Positions 1 through 12,200 of a stretch of 64,000 nt of DNA are shown here, piece by piece. Every line of letters begins with the position of its first letter. The first letter of the stretch is position 1. Source of the DNA: a virus (taxonomy: Duplodnaviria; Caudoviricetes); the IMG/VR virus record IMGVR_UViG_3300029928_000002, positions 64,001-128,000 of that record; one strand, written 5' to 3'. The position numbers and the translations under genes were made by a program. Below the pieces are notes generated by a model. That model ran no database searches, was not told the DNA's origin, and worked only from the letters and a program-made list of their open reading frames with translations.

Positions 1-1
1 T

Positions 2-1240
2 CAATCTGGAGGAACTATTGACGAACCTTTCTTTATTCCAACAGATTGGGAACCTCAAGATACTTTATCTAAATTTTAGAAAGGTGGCTCTATAAATATT
101 ATACCTGAAGGTGCTCTCCATGCTAGATTACATCATATGGAAGATGCTAAAGATCTTACTAAAAAGGGAATCCCTGTAGTAGACAATAAAGGAGTTCAAC
201 AAGCTGAAATTGAACGTAACGAAATAATCTTTAGAAAGGAAGTTACTGATAAAATAGAGCAACTTGCCAAAGAAGGTACTGATGATGCTGCTATAGAATG
301 TGGTAAATTACTAGCTAAAGAGATTGTAGAGAATACAGACGATAAAACTGGATTAGTTCCTACATTATTTGAGAAGAAGTAGGATGGAGGAATAGTAAAC
401 CCTTCCAATACTCAGAACTTCTTAAATTAGCTTAACACTGCATGGAGCTAGCAGTTGGGCAATGTAAATACTAATTTACCCTCGCAGAAAGATTTACAAG
501 GTCTGTAGAATACTTTAGATATATAGGCTTAGAAACAAGCAGAAAAAAATCTTAGAACTAAATCTATGGTAGGTACAGCTGTTTAGGGAGTTATAAATGC
601 TATAGGTGAAGGAGAACAACAAAAAGCCTTAAATGAAGCTGCAGAATAGTAGCAAAAAGATGCAGCTATTCAAGGTACTGGAGATATGAATGGTAATGAG
701 AAAATGTATCAGCAACTATAGCAAAATACTCTTCCTAAAGTTCCTACTGCAGAAAAGGGAATTAAAGTTCCCTACGAAGAATGGGTTAAAGATGTAAATC
801 CTAAATTTCTAAGTCCTCTATATGATTTAAAATCGGCTTATGAATATAATCCAGAATTGGTGAATAAATGGAAACAAGCTGTTAATTCAGATAATCCTGA
901 TAAATATTTAAATCTTGTAGAGAAAAACGCTGATGGAGAAGAAATTTATCCTTATCATTTACCTTCTGTAATGCAATTACCTGATGGTGATTACATATTC
1001 TTAAAATTAGGTAAAGAAGATTAGAATAAAGAATTGTAGGGAGAATTAGATTTTTATAATGCCAATAAAGATTTCAAGAAGCTCTATCAGTTAGAGTTTG
1101 ATAAAGACGCTAACAGGTATTTCTATAGAAAGAGATAGAAGTCTTCTAAAAATAAAATCGGAGGTATTTTAAAAGTAATTAGTGATTATGACGATTCTAA
1201 ATTAGATAAGTTAGAATCAATATTAAAAGTAATAGACTAA
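2..1240 (+). CDS. 5'-truncated virion/cargo-type protein (TAG=Gln), >412 aa
   Basis: Frame 2 has no TAA/TGA from the window start to TAA 1238-1240, only TAGs. The stop overlaps the next ATG (TAATG). It carries several KxQxGG-type motifs. The virion role is inferred from context. Confidence 0.8.
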
Positions 1241-1809
1241 TGGAAGAAATAAATATTAAACTTGGAGATAAAGAATTTAAGGTTAAAAAAGCAGAAACAG
1301 AAGAAGAAAAAAGGAAAGGTTTAATGAATGTTGAATCTTTACCTGAAGATAGTGGAATGCTATTCTGCTGGGACAAGCCTCAAAAAGTAAGTATGTGGAT
1401 GCACAATACTAAAATTCCATTGGATATTATTTTTATAAATGAGGATTAGGAAGTTTCTGCTGTAAAACAAGGTAAGCCAGATGATGATACTCTACTTAGT
1501 TAGGATGATACATTATATGTTGTAGAACTTAATAAAGATAGTGGAGTTAAGGTTGGAGATACTTTAGATTTAGAAGATGAAGATGGCCCTGTAATGAAAG
1601 TCTTAGCTCCTGATGGATCTACTTAGATGGAATTGTGGGGAGGAGAAAGAATTGTCTCTAGAAGAGAAACTAAGATTTTAATAAAGAAAGCTATTAAAGC
1701 ATATCAGTCTTAGAGTGATAATGATTATAGAACTTTAGGAAAGTATATGTTTAAAGTATTGAATAAACAAGATAATAGAAAACCAGAATATGTAACGAAA
1801 AAAGACTAA
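1240..1809 (+). CDS. DUF192/UPF0127-like protein with C-terminal extension, 189 aa (TAG=Gln)
   Basis: Motifs KGLM..SLPEDSGMLF, MWMHNTKIPLDIIFI and, after TAG readthrough, YVVELN..GVKVGD complete the DUF192 pattern. Ends TAA 1807-1809. Confidence 0.8.
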
Positions 1810-1865
1810 ATTTAATATCCCATTTTTTTAAATAATTTATTTATATCGTCAATAACTATGAAAAG

Positions 1866-1879
1866 GTATATTGGATTTA
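1866..1879 (+). promoter_or_regulatory. Candidate phage promoter element (G)TATATTGGATTTA
   Basis: Lies in the 1810-1921 intergenic gap. The same 13-mer occurs on the - strand at 62896-62908 upstream of another gene. Resembles the Bacteroidota -7 element TAnnTTTG with one change. Confidence 0.35.
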
Positions 1880-1921
1880 GTTGTAAATTTAATATTAAAT
1901 TTTTAAAAAACGTAATTAATT

Positions 1922-2224
1922 ATGAATTTGTAGTTTAGAAAATTTCAAGATGGCGGTCAAGTAACTCCAGATTAGAGTGCTGACCAGTCTCAACAAGAAC
2001 AAGCCGCTCCCCAAGAAGGAGGTCAGCAAGATCCTATGGCACAATTGATTCAAGCTGCTGCTCAGGCAGTTTAGAGTCAAGATTGTCAAACAGCTATGCA
2101 AGTTTGTCAAGTACTTGTTCAGATGGCTCAACAAGGTAGTGAAGCTCCTCAAGAAGGTACTGCTGATTAGGGAGAGCCTGTGTACAGAGCAGGTGGTAAA
2201 CTTCTTAGACGTATTACTTTGTAA
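1922..2224 (+). CDS. Small Gln-rich protein, 100 aa (TAG=Gln)
   Basis: MNLQFRKFQDGGQV...VYRAGGKLLRRITL*. Open frame with 4 TAGs, ends TAA, followed by a terminator hairpin. Absent from the ORF track. Confidence 0.8.
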
Positions 2225-2239
2225 TATATTTAAATGTAC

Positions 2240-2273
2240 AGGGAGCATATCTATTTTGATATACTCCCTTTTA
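2240..2273 (+). terminator. Rho-independent terminator
   Basis: GGGAGcATATC-tattt(t)-GATATaCTCCC stem followed by TTTTATT. Confidence 0.65.
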
Positions 2274-2283
2274 TTGTTTATAT

Positions 2284-5200
2284 ATGATGGAAAATAATAA
2301 CACTACATAGACTACATCTACTCAAACTGCTTAGAAGCCTTCTGTTCCAGAAGTATCTAAGACTATAGATGTTAATGGAATAAGTCTTGATAGAAGTGCG
2401 GTACTAGACCAACTTAACGGACAGTACAATAGCTTCTTCAATACTTATAAGAATATGTGGAGTAAAAAGCAATAGAAGCAAATATTAGCTCAAAGAGATG
2501 CTTTATTCTCCAATATACAAAATGGAAATATAAATAAAATAGGTAATAATACTGTAGATGTAACCAATATGGAAAATTCCGGCATTGATCCCACAATGAA
2601 CGGTGCTGGACAGATTAATGTTGGATATATATCTAAAGTAGGTAATTGGATGGCTAATAAATATAAGCAAGAACATCCTGAAAAGAAATTTGATGCTACT
2701 ACTTTAGATACTCTGTATAAGAACTACTTTTATGGAGGTTCTGATGATGGTGATACTCAAGCATGGTTAGATTTAGACCCTGCTGATGCTAAAGGAAAAA
2801 GAGGTACTTCCGGTAGAATTGCTGCTTTAAATGGTTGGCTGAATAGTCTCAATTTAGATGATTACTCTTCGGCAGATTCTGCTTTAGGAAGTATGGATTC
2901 TGTAAAATCCAGACTTACTAGACTTAGAACTGCTTTATCAGATGGAGTGCTTAATAACGAAGATTACATGGCAGCTAATTCTTTAGGTTTTAATCTTAGA
3001 AAATATCTGACTGATGAATCTTCTGATGATTTAGCTGCAAAATTAGCTGCACAAGCAGCCGGCAAGGCTGGTACAACAGGTGGAGCAGCCGGCAATGCAG
3101 CAGGTTCTACAGCAGGCGATACAACAGGTGGTACAACTGAAGGTTCGGAAACTCCAAAAAGATCCGCTGCAGAAGAAGCAGTATTTGGAACTACTAAAGA
3201 TGAAGATAAACAAGTAGCTTTAAATCTAGCTGATAGATACCTTAATATATTTAAATAGAATAAAGGTAGGTATGGACAAGGATTTGCAGCTTCACCATTA
3301 GGAGAAGTTCGTATAAAGACTAATGGAGTTTATGATCCTAATAGATCTTTAGGAGTGACTCTAGCTATGTTAAAGAGCTATGGATTTAATAATATAAATA
3401 GCTATCTTAACTATGTAGGTAGAAATGTATTTAGAAGAGGTTTTGGAGAATATCTTTCTAATTATAGAAATAAGAGAGTAGATTTAAATAGATATTTTAA
3501 GTCTACTGGTAGAAAACTTGTTGGAAATGCTCCTACTTATGGACAGCTTTATTCAACAGCTATGGCTAGTTATGTTAGACAGCTTAAAGCTGCTGCAGCT
3601 GCAGGTAAGTCTACAGAACCAATTTATAATTATAAAGGTAATTAGGTTATTGTAGTACCAGAAAGTTTAAATGAACAGACTGGTAATTTAGTATTATACG
3701 ATATAGATAAAGGACTGTTCTATAATGAGAATCTTGGTAATACTAATATCAAAACATCTAATGGAGGATCTTTGATGATGACTTATATGATGACAAAGTA
3801 TCCTTCAATATATAATTAGGACCAACCTTAGACTACTACGGCTCCAGACGTACAGGGCGAAGGAGAATAGACTACTACTACCAACACTGATTCTGCAGAA
3901 GATCGAGATACTGATTCTGACGACAATACAGTATCTTCTGAAAAACAAGGTGGTATTCTTAAAGCATATTTCGGCACTGCAATAGATTATGGTGGTGAAT
4001 CTGCTGATCCAATACAGCCAACATTACCCGTGCCTCCTTCTAAGACATAGATTGCAGCTAAAAGAGCATCGAATGCTGAAAAATTAAAAGCATTAAAACT
4101 ACAATAGGCTAGGAACAAAACAACTATTTCTAAAAATGGCGATTTGAATCTAAGTGCTTCAGACAAATTGAGGGCAGCCGCACTGGCTCAAGATATTATA
4201 AGTGCAGGAGCTGCTTATGGTGTGGGTCCCTACGGTACAACCGTTTCAGCAATTACAGGTTTAACTGGAGCAGCTACTGATGCAGCTGCAGATTGGATGG
4301 ATGATTCTATGACTACTGGAGAAAGACTCGCAAATTTAGGAGTAAACTTGGGTCTTACAGCTGTAGGATTAATTCCTGGAGTTAAAACAGTTACTACTGC
4401 GGGAAAACTTGGGAAATTTGCTATTAAATCTATACCAATACTGCTAGCTGTAAAAGCTGCTCCAGAAATGATTACGTCTTTCAAAAAAGCTGCAGACGGT
4501 AAAGATCTTACAGAAACTGATTATAAAAATATTGTATATGGCTTAAGAATGATTGCCGGCGGGTTTAAAGTTGGAGGACAAGCATATTCTAGTAGACGAT
4601 TTAAGGCAGAACGTAACGCCCAACCGACTACCCGTACCATGCAAGAAATATCTGTTAAAAATAATGGATAGGACGTAAAAGTAAGAGTTACTCCCCAACA
4701 GCTTAAGGATATTAACAAAGCTAAAATTCAGTCAGAAGCTAATGCTAGATTGCAACAAGCCTTAGCCGATAATGGGGTTAAAGAATCAGGAAACTATAAA
4801 GTAAATGATGGGTTATTCCCTGAAAACACTTCCTTAAATCCTTTTAAAAATAGTAAATCTAAGATTTAGGGTAAAGAAGTAACTGAATAGATAAATACAA
4901 ATGGGTTGGTAAGTGATGCTGCCATTGTAAATAGAGCAATGAATATAAAACATCCTTGGATGGCCAAACATCTTAGAACCAACTATGATGTTTACGTTAA
5001 CGGTAAATCTCCAATACGTTTATTCGATATGCCTTCAGTTAGACTATTCGCAGTCAAACAACCTACCTATAACAGAGCTACAGCTATGGAAGATGCTAGA
5101 AATGCAAGAAATGCTGATATTCAGACAGGTAATTCTTAGCCTTCTCCATAGCCTGCTCCACAACCTGCTCCATAGCCTTCTCCGGAACCTGCTCCATAGC

Positions 5201-7359
5201 CTTCTCCGGAACCTGCTCCAGTAGGAGGTAGTGGTACTTCAACAGGAAGTGGTACCTCTTCTGCAGGAAGTTAGCCCGCTCCACAGCCTTAGCCTACTCC
5301 ACAGCCTTCTCCAACAGGAGGTTCTTCAAGTACTGGAACATAGCCTTCCAGCGGAACTTTACTCAAAGATGTATAGAGTATATTCGATTTTAAAAATAAA
5401 GCTATACGCGGAGATAGGTTAGAATAGTTTGTAAGTAATAATAAGTAGGCTTTTGATAATCTTTCTAAAACAGATAAAAAAATCATAAGCGATATTATTA
5501 CTATGGAACAGGGTGCTTTTAAAGGTAGTTCTTATGACGAAGTTGTCAGAAAATAGTTATTGGATATAATAACTAAAATGACAGCTCCCGAAAATAATGC
5601 TCAAGCCTTAGCTGCTAATAAGAGTGTTCTAAGTTCTATTAGATACAGACACGGTGGTATTCTTAAAGCTCAAAATGGTGCGCAATTTACACCACAAGTA
5701 TTTGGTAAGGATAAAAATAGAACTTCTTATGGAGGTATAACTAATACTAATAATAATACTTCGTATTACTCTAATGTATTTACTCCTTATAGTAATTATC
5801 TTATTGATGAGTTAAAATAGTATGGCAAGGATGATACTTACGGTAACTGGCTTAATAATATGCAGGTTCAGCACCATGGTTTATATCAATCTGCTGGAGG
5901 TGCTGGAGGAAATTTCTTAAATACTGCTTATAATAATAATGCTGCTGCTACTAGACAGTATCAATCAGCTTACGATACAGATTCGTTATCTAAGAATCCT
6001 ACTGCTCATGGATTTAATACTAGAGGTATAGCTTTGGCTTCTTAGGCCGGTAGATATTCTAATGTAGGATATTCTAAACGTAATGGACAAGATTCTTTAA
6101 ATACTGCTTGGACACCTGATGGTTCGTATAGTGGACAGACTGATGATAGAAGAATCTTAGGAAGATTAGGCGACTTTACTGATCAACAACTTACTGATTG
6201 GAATAATAAATTAAAGACTGTTGGTTGGGAATAGTATTTAGACCCTACTACTAATTACTATATGTTAAGGAGATTAAACACTCCTACTGGTACTTAGGAA
6301 GACAAGTCTACTAAAGTCGATGGAGCAAATCCTGATGGAATGAAAAAATCTACTGTTCTATAGGATATTGTTGGAGTTATAGATAAATCTAAACCTGCAA
6401 TACTTGGAGCAATTAAAGCCGGATGGGATAATAGATTTAATACTAAGCAGATGAATGAAGCTCTTAGTCATATGAATCCAGTACTGTATAATACTTGGGA
6501 TTTTAATAGAAAAATCTATGGTGATTATGCTACTAGAAACGAATATGACAGAGCGGGAGCAAATGCATAGTTACAAGCTGACAGAGTTGCAGCCAATACG
6601 GCTGATAGTTATCTAGGAGCAGCTACTCAAATGCAAGGTGTTTCACAAGCCGATGATAATAGAATTAAAGGCAGACTTGCTGATAACGATATGATTAGAA
6701 AGACTTATGAAGCCGCTTTGTAGGAGAATAAAGCTAATATCGAAAGACATTCTCAGAATGCTAATTAGAATAGACTTAATCTTAATAATAATGAGCGTGA
6801 GAGACTGTAGACAGTACTTACTACTAATAAGATGAATCACGATAACTGGGCTAGGTGGTATGATAAGTATGTATCATATCCTGCGGAAGAAGATTAGGTT
6901 AACAAGAAAGCATTGCAATAGAAGATAGATATACAAGATCTTGTGCTAAATTCTAATGCAGGTTTGGCCAACACTTTAAAAAATATTAAGGCTAAATGGC
7001 AACCTAAGTATGATGCTGCTACAACAGATGCCTAGAGGTTGTAGATTCAAAACGATATGTAGAAAGAATTAGATGCAGCTACTCTTGATTCTCAGAAAAG
7101 ATAGCTCTGGAATCTAGCTCAACTTAGAGGTTTGCATTATGATTATACTCCTATATGGGAAGCAGGTGATTCTAACTACAATACAGCTACACCTACCTAT
7201 TATAAAGATGGGGGTGCTGCATTGACTATAGCCAGAATACGTGAAAAGAATAAAGATAAGGATAGGCTTGCAAAAAAATGGTAGAAGTCTATAGATAACT
7301 TTTGGAACCAATTTAGTAAATTAAAATAGGCAGATTATTCTAAAATTGTATTTAAATGA
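2284..7359 (+). CDS. Large virion cargo/ejection-type protein, ~1691 aa (TAG=Gln), with hydrophobic helices and low-complexity linkers
   Basis: Track fragments at 2569, 3355, 4144, 4906, 5560 and 5860 share one frame and each ends in TAG. Ends TGA 7357-7359, overlapping the next ATG (ATGA). Gly/Ala-rich hydrophobic segment at ~4180-4560. Confidence 0.8.
5137..5220 (+). repeat. 12-nt tandem repeat encoding (Q/E)P(S/A)P x7
   Basis: Units: TAG CCT TCT CCA / TAG CCT GCT CCA / CAA CCT GCT CCA / TAG CCT TCT CCG / GAA CCT GCT CCA / TAG CCT TCT CCG / GAA CCT GCT CCA. Confidence 0.9.
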
Positions 7360-9230
7360 ATATAAATTTTAAAAAGTTCTAGAATGGGGGTTCAATAGCC
7401 CCCTTTCTAGCCTCTTATACACCAGTACAAGTAAATACAACAGCAGCTGACCCTGCTTTATCTTTATTTGATAATACTGGCAATTCTACAGCAACTACTG
7501 CTAAAAGTTCTGATAGTATTGACATGAAAGATACTATGGAACTATTAAAAAGTATGAGAGGTTTAGATACTGATGTATCTTTAGTTAGCACTACCCTAGC
7601 TTAGTAGGCTAAAAGAGATGCATTGTTTGGTACAGGAGATCCTGTATTACAATATTATAAGAATATAGATTTAATAAATAAAGTTATTGAATCTAAAGAA
7701 GAATATAAAGATGCTTACGATCAGGCTAAAGCTCAAGGAGCTTTGTCTGAAGCTGCTATTTCATCTGACGGTAGGGTGGTAGTTAAAACTTAGAAAGGAT
7801 ATAATTTAGTTACTCCTAGACAAGCTTTAGCCTTATAGGCACAAGGGGTAGCTGCTATATAGAAGAACTCAGATTTACTTAAAGCTCGTAGACACGACCC
7901 TTCTTTAGCTTTATAGAATGAAGTGTTATCTATAGTTCAAAACAGTGTATCATTTACAACTGTTAAGAAGACTGTAGATTCTATTGTAAAATAGTTAGGT
8001 AAATCTACTGTTACACAAGAAGGCTATAGTGCTAGAGAAGGTAACTAGATTCAAGCAGGTATTGCAGCTATTAAAAATGCTGGAGTAGGCCCTATGGATG
8101 GAGTTTATAAGGTAACTTATAAAAATGAAACTCAAGAAAAATAGGCTCAAATGGCTTTGGATGCTGTATATAGAAATCTAAATGATACTTAGAAAGCCTA
8201 TCTATAGTTAAATTCTGGAGGTACTCCAGAAGGAGTTTATGGCCTGTTAAAAGAAATGATATTAAGCCAAACTTCTTCCTTGCAGGAAGTTAGGTCTAAA
8301 TATCTTAAGCCTACTAATACTTCAACTGGTAGTGGTTCTTCTAAAGGAAGTAGTGCTTAGAATTCTTTAGGAGATGTCAAGATGGATCCGGCTGTCCAAT
8401 TTGCTTTAGGATATGGTACTAAAGAAAAAGTACCTATTATGGGTAAGGGACAGATAGGTATAGATGTTACTGCTAATTCTATTGCTATGTAGGATGCTCA
8501 AGGCAATCCTCAAGATATGCTTACTTTAGGACAATTAGTTAGCGGTCGTCTTGGAGGTATGTTTGTAAAACGAGCTTCTATGGACGGTGCTATGTTATCT
8601 CCAGATTCTCTTAACAAAGTTGTAGTAGATGGAGGTAGAGTTTATTCTACAGAATTACCAGTAGATAGGTAGGCTTTAGCTAAAGGTGTTGTCAGACCAG
8701 ACTTTGGATTACTTAACAAAATAGAACAAGCTAATAGCTAGTTAGGTAATCTTGGCAGAATACCACAAGATCAATTAACTCCTGCTTAGAAGACTTAGAT
8801 TAATAAAGTATATCAACGTAATGGTATTGCAGCTAAATACGATGTAAATGGTAATCTTACTTCTGAGTATAGAAGATTTGCTGTAGTGAATGGTACTGCT
8901 ACAGAAAGAGCTTTCCAAGGAGGGTAGCCTAACTTTACAATAGAAGCAGCTGAAGCTGATGATCAAGCTAGAAGTAATTATGTAGATAATATCAAACAAC
9001 TTACTCAAAACAAAGACTTTAAGTTGGATAACGGTTGGTTCGGAACATTTGGTACTGAAAAAGTATATAAAGGTACTATCTTTATTCCTATGAGTAGTAA
9101 TTTTGTAGATTACTATACAGGTAGTGGTATAAAGATGTCTGCCAATCAGTTTGACTAGATATAGCAACTTCAAAATCATAAAGATTAGTTATTAAGTAGG
9201 TATAATAATCCTGGTAATTTATCACAATGA
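7356..9230 (+). CDS. Virion/cargo-type protein of unknown function, 624 aa (TAG=Gln)
   Basis: Starts MNINFKKFQNGG. ATGA overlaps at both ends. The frame showed only TAG interruptions where read. Completely missed by the standard-code track. Confidence 0.8.
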
Positions 9231-12200
9231 TTCAGTAGAAAGAAAATGATATGTTGCTCAATGTTCTTGAAAATCCGTCATTTAGTATTGCGGATTTTCA
9301 AGATATTGGGCTTGATGTAAATAATACTTCTTTACAATCTAAAGATGTATATAAGAACAGTCAACAGGTTACTAGCAATCCTGCTGTACAAGATAATAAC
9401 GGAAACTTAGATACTGCTAAATTAGATGCAATTTATAATACAGCTACTGCAGTTTACAATACTATGGCTCAACAGGGTTACGATAAAACTCAAGATGTAA
9501 AGACATAGTATAGTAAATATGATATATTTGCACCTGATGATTAGGTAGATTGGGCACCTCAGTTTAATATTAATACTCATGAAGTAAACCCTGATAGGAC
9601 TACTTATTCTACAGTAAGGTTTGGTGAGCAAGGTGAGAGAACTAAAACTCCACAAGAAATAGCTCAATCTCAAAAAGTATATAATCCGGCTACAGGAGAA
9701 TGGGAGGCATCTCCAGAAGAATCATTCTTTGGTAATTTTAAAGATGTAAGGGCCTTAGCTTAGTACGATGAAGATGTTGATATTAATGGTAAGACTAAAG
9801 GGCAGACAGGATTTGATGCTGATAATATAGCACATCATGCCGGAGAACTAAAGATAAATCCGGATACTGGTACATATTATTATGAAGACCTTAATGGTAG
9901 AAATATTAGTGGTAGATAGCTTTTACATATATCTGACGTTCTTACTAATGAAGACAGCCCAATAAATGCTATTGACTTCTTAGATAGCGATGATATTCAT
10001 AAATCTGCTGTAGGTTCTTTTGTAAAGAATGCTGCTTTAGTAGGTAGTATGTTTTTACCTTATGTAGGACCAGTAGTTACTGGTGCTACTATAGTACAAC
10101 AAGCTGCTTCTTTTGGAGCTACATTGGGTAAGATACTTACTTCTTCTGACAATGCTGCTATGAATTATTTATAGGGTATGTCAGAAGCTACCAATTTCTC
10201 TAGAACTAGATCTGAATATGCTTCATAGAATATGTGGTCTCTGGAGAATTTATTTGGAATGATTGGAGATACTGTAGCCCAACTTAAGCAGTAGAGAATG
10301 TTGTTTGAACAACTTCCTAAACTTGTGGGAATGGATGGTAGAGTTCTTTCTGCTAAAGGCTAGCAAGCTATGTAGGACGAACTTCTAGCTAAATACAATA
10401 AATCTGGAGTTTTGGATAAAGCTATTCAAGACAAGTTTAAAATGCCTATGAATGAGCTTTATAAAACCAATCCTGCAGAGTTCATGAATGCTACTGAGTA
10501 GGTAAGATTAATTAATAATCTCAAAGCTGCATAGTCAATAGAGAATTATGTAAAGGATTATTATAATGTTGGTGGAGTTTTGTCTAAGGCTTATATGACA
10601 ATGCTTACTGTTAATGACACCTATCAAGAAGCTAAAAATGCCGGAGCATCCGATTCTTTAGCTGCACTTACTACTATGGGATATGCTGCTGCTGAGTATG
10701 CTTTATTAAGTACAGGATTAGGTGAATGGATTTTGCCAGAACTTAGAGCTTCTAGAATGTAGAACAAAGCTATTGTAAAAGCTCTAACTAAAGATACTGT
10801 ATAGGCTTTCGAATAGGCTAATGCTAAAGCTATAACTCCAGAACTCAAACGTAGTTTATGGGCCAAGACAATTAACTTTGGTAAAAAGCTATTTAATGCT
10901 GATTATGCAGTAGGTAGATAGGGAACTTTGGGTAAAACTATTGCTTCTACTGCAGCTTCTGCCTTAGGTGAAGGTACTGAAGAAGTAAGTGAAGATGTAC
11001 TTCAAGACTTTGTAAAGAGAACGTACAATTTCTATAATGAAATTAATGGCTCCTCTTCAAGAATGCATACCGAAAATTGGAAAGACCAATACTTAATGGA
11101 TTTCTTGGGAGGTGCTTTAGGTGGTGGTATAGCTAATGTATCTATTAATTTTAAAACTAATAGAGAAGCTAGTAATATGACTACCGAAAAAGCTGCTCAA
11201 CAACTTGTGTATATGAGTAGAAATAAAGAGCAGCTTAATGATTTCTATAAGGTATTGGATAAAACAGATATTGGCAATAAATATCTGTCTGCCACCAAAA
11301 CTGTAACTGATTCTAATGGAAATGTTATAGGTTATGAACAAGGTACTAAAGACGATAATCAGGATAAAGCTATTAAAGATTTAGTACGTCAGAATTTGGA
11401 TTTAATACAAACTACTTTAAGTGTTGATGGGGCAGATTTAGATGATAAATCTTTATTTGATGCTAATACTTTAAAAGATTTACGTTGGCAGTATTTATAT
11501 AACAGTACTTCTACCGCAAATCTTATACAATCATTTAATACTTTGGCTACTAGAGCTTTAAGAATTCATTCTGATATTGCAACTTTGAATCAGAAATTAC
11601 CAGACCAAGAATATAAAAAGGATGACCCACAATATCAAGATATACAAAAAGCTATACAATCTAAACAGCAAGAACTTACAGATGTTTAGAATCAAATTAA
11701 AGATTTAAGAGAAGGTAAAAAGTCTGCCTTGTTTATGGCACAGGCTATACTTGAAACTACTCCTTATGTATTACAAGGATTTGATAAAGCTGCTACATTC
11801 CAAGGATTTGCTGAAACTAATAGTGGAAAGAAATATGAAGATATTTCAGACGATGAATTAAATAGTTTAAAAACTAAATATCAAGATTATATTAATGGGC
11901 CTAAAAAAGAATATGTAGCACAAGCTACTAATCAGTATTTATATGCTACAAGACTATTTAGTAATAAGTTACAAGAAGTTTCGGATACTTACACACGGTT
12001 AGTTGATGAAGGGTAGAAAGAGTTAACACAACTATCTGATACAGTTAACGCTCTAACCGAATTATAGAATTTATCATAGGAAGATCCCGATAAGTTTTTG
12101 GAAGTATCTTAGAAAGTCTAGGATCGTATTAAAAACTCTGTTGCTTTATCTAAAGAAGACTTAGATAGGTTAGATGCTTTAGCAAAAGCTAATGATAATT

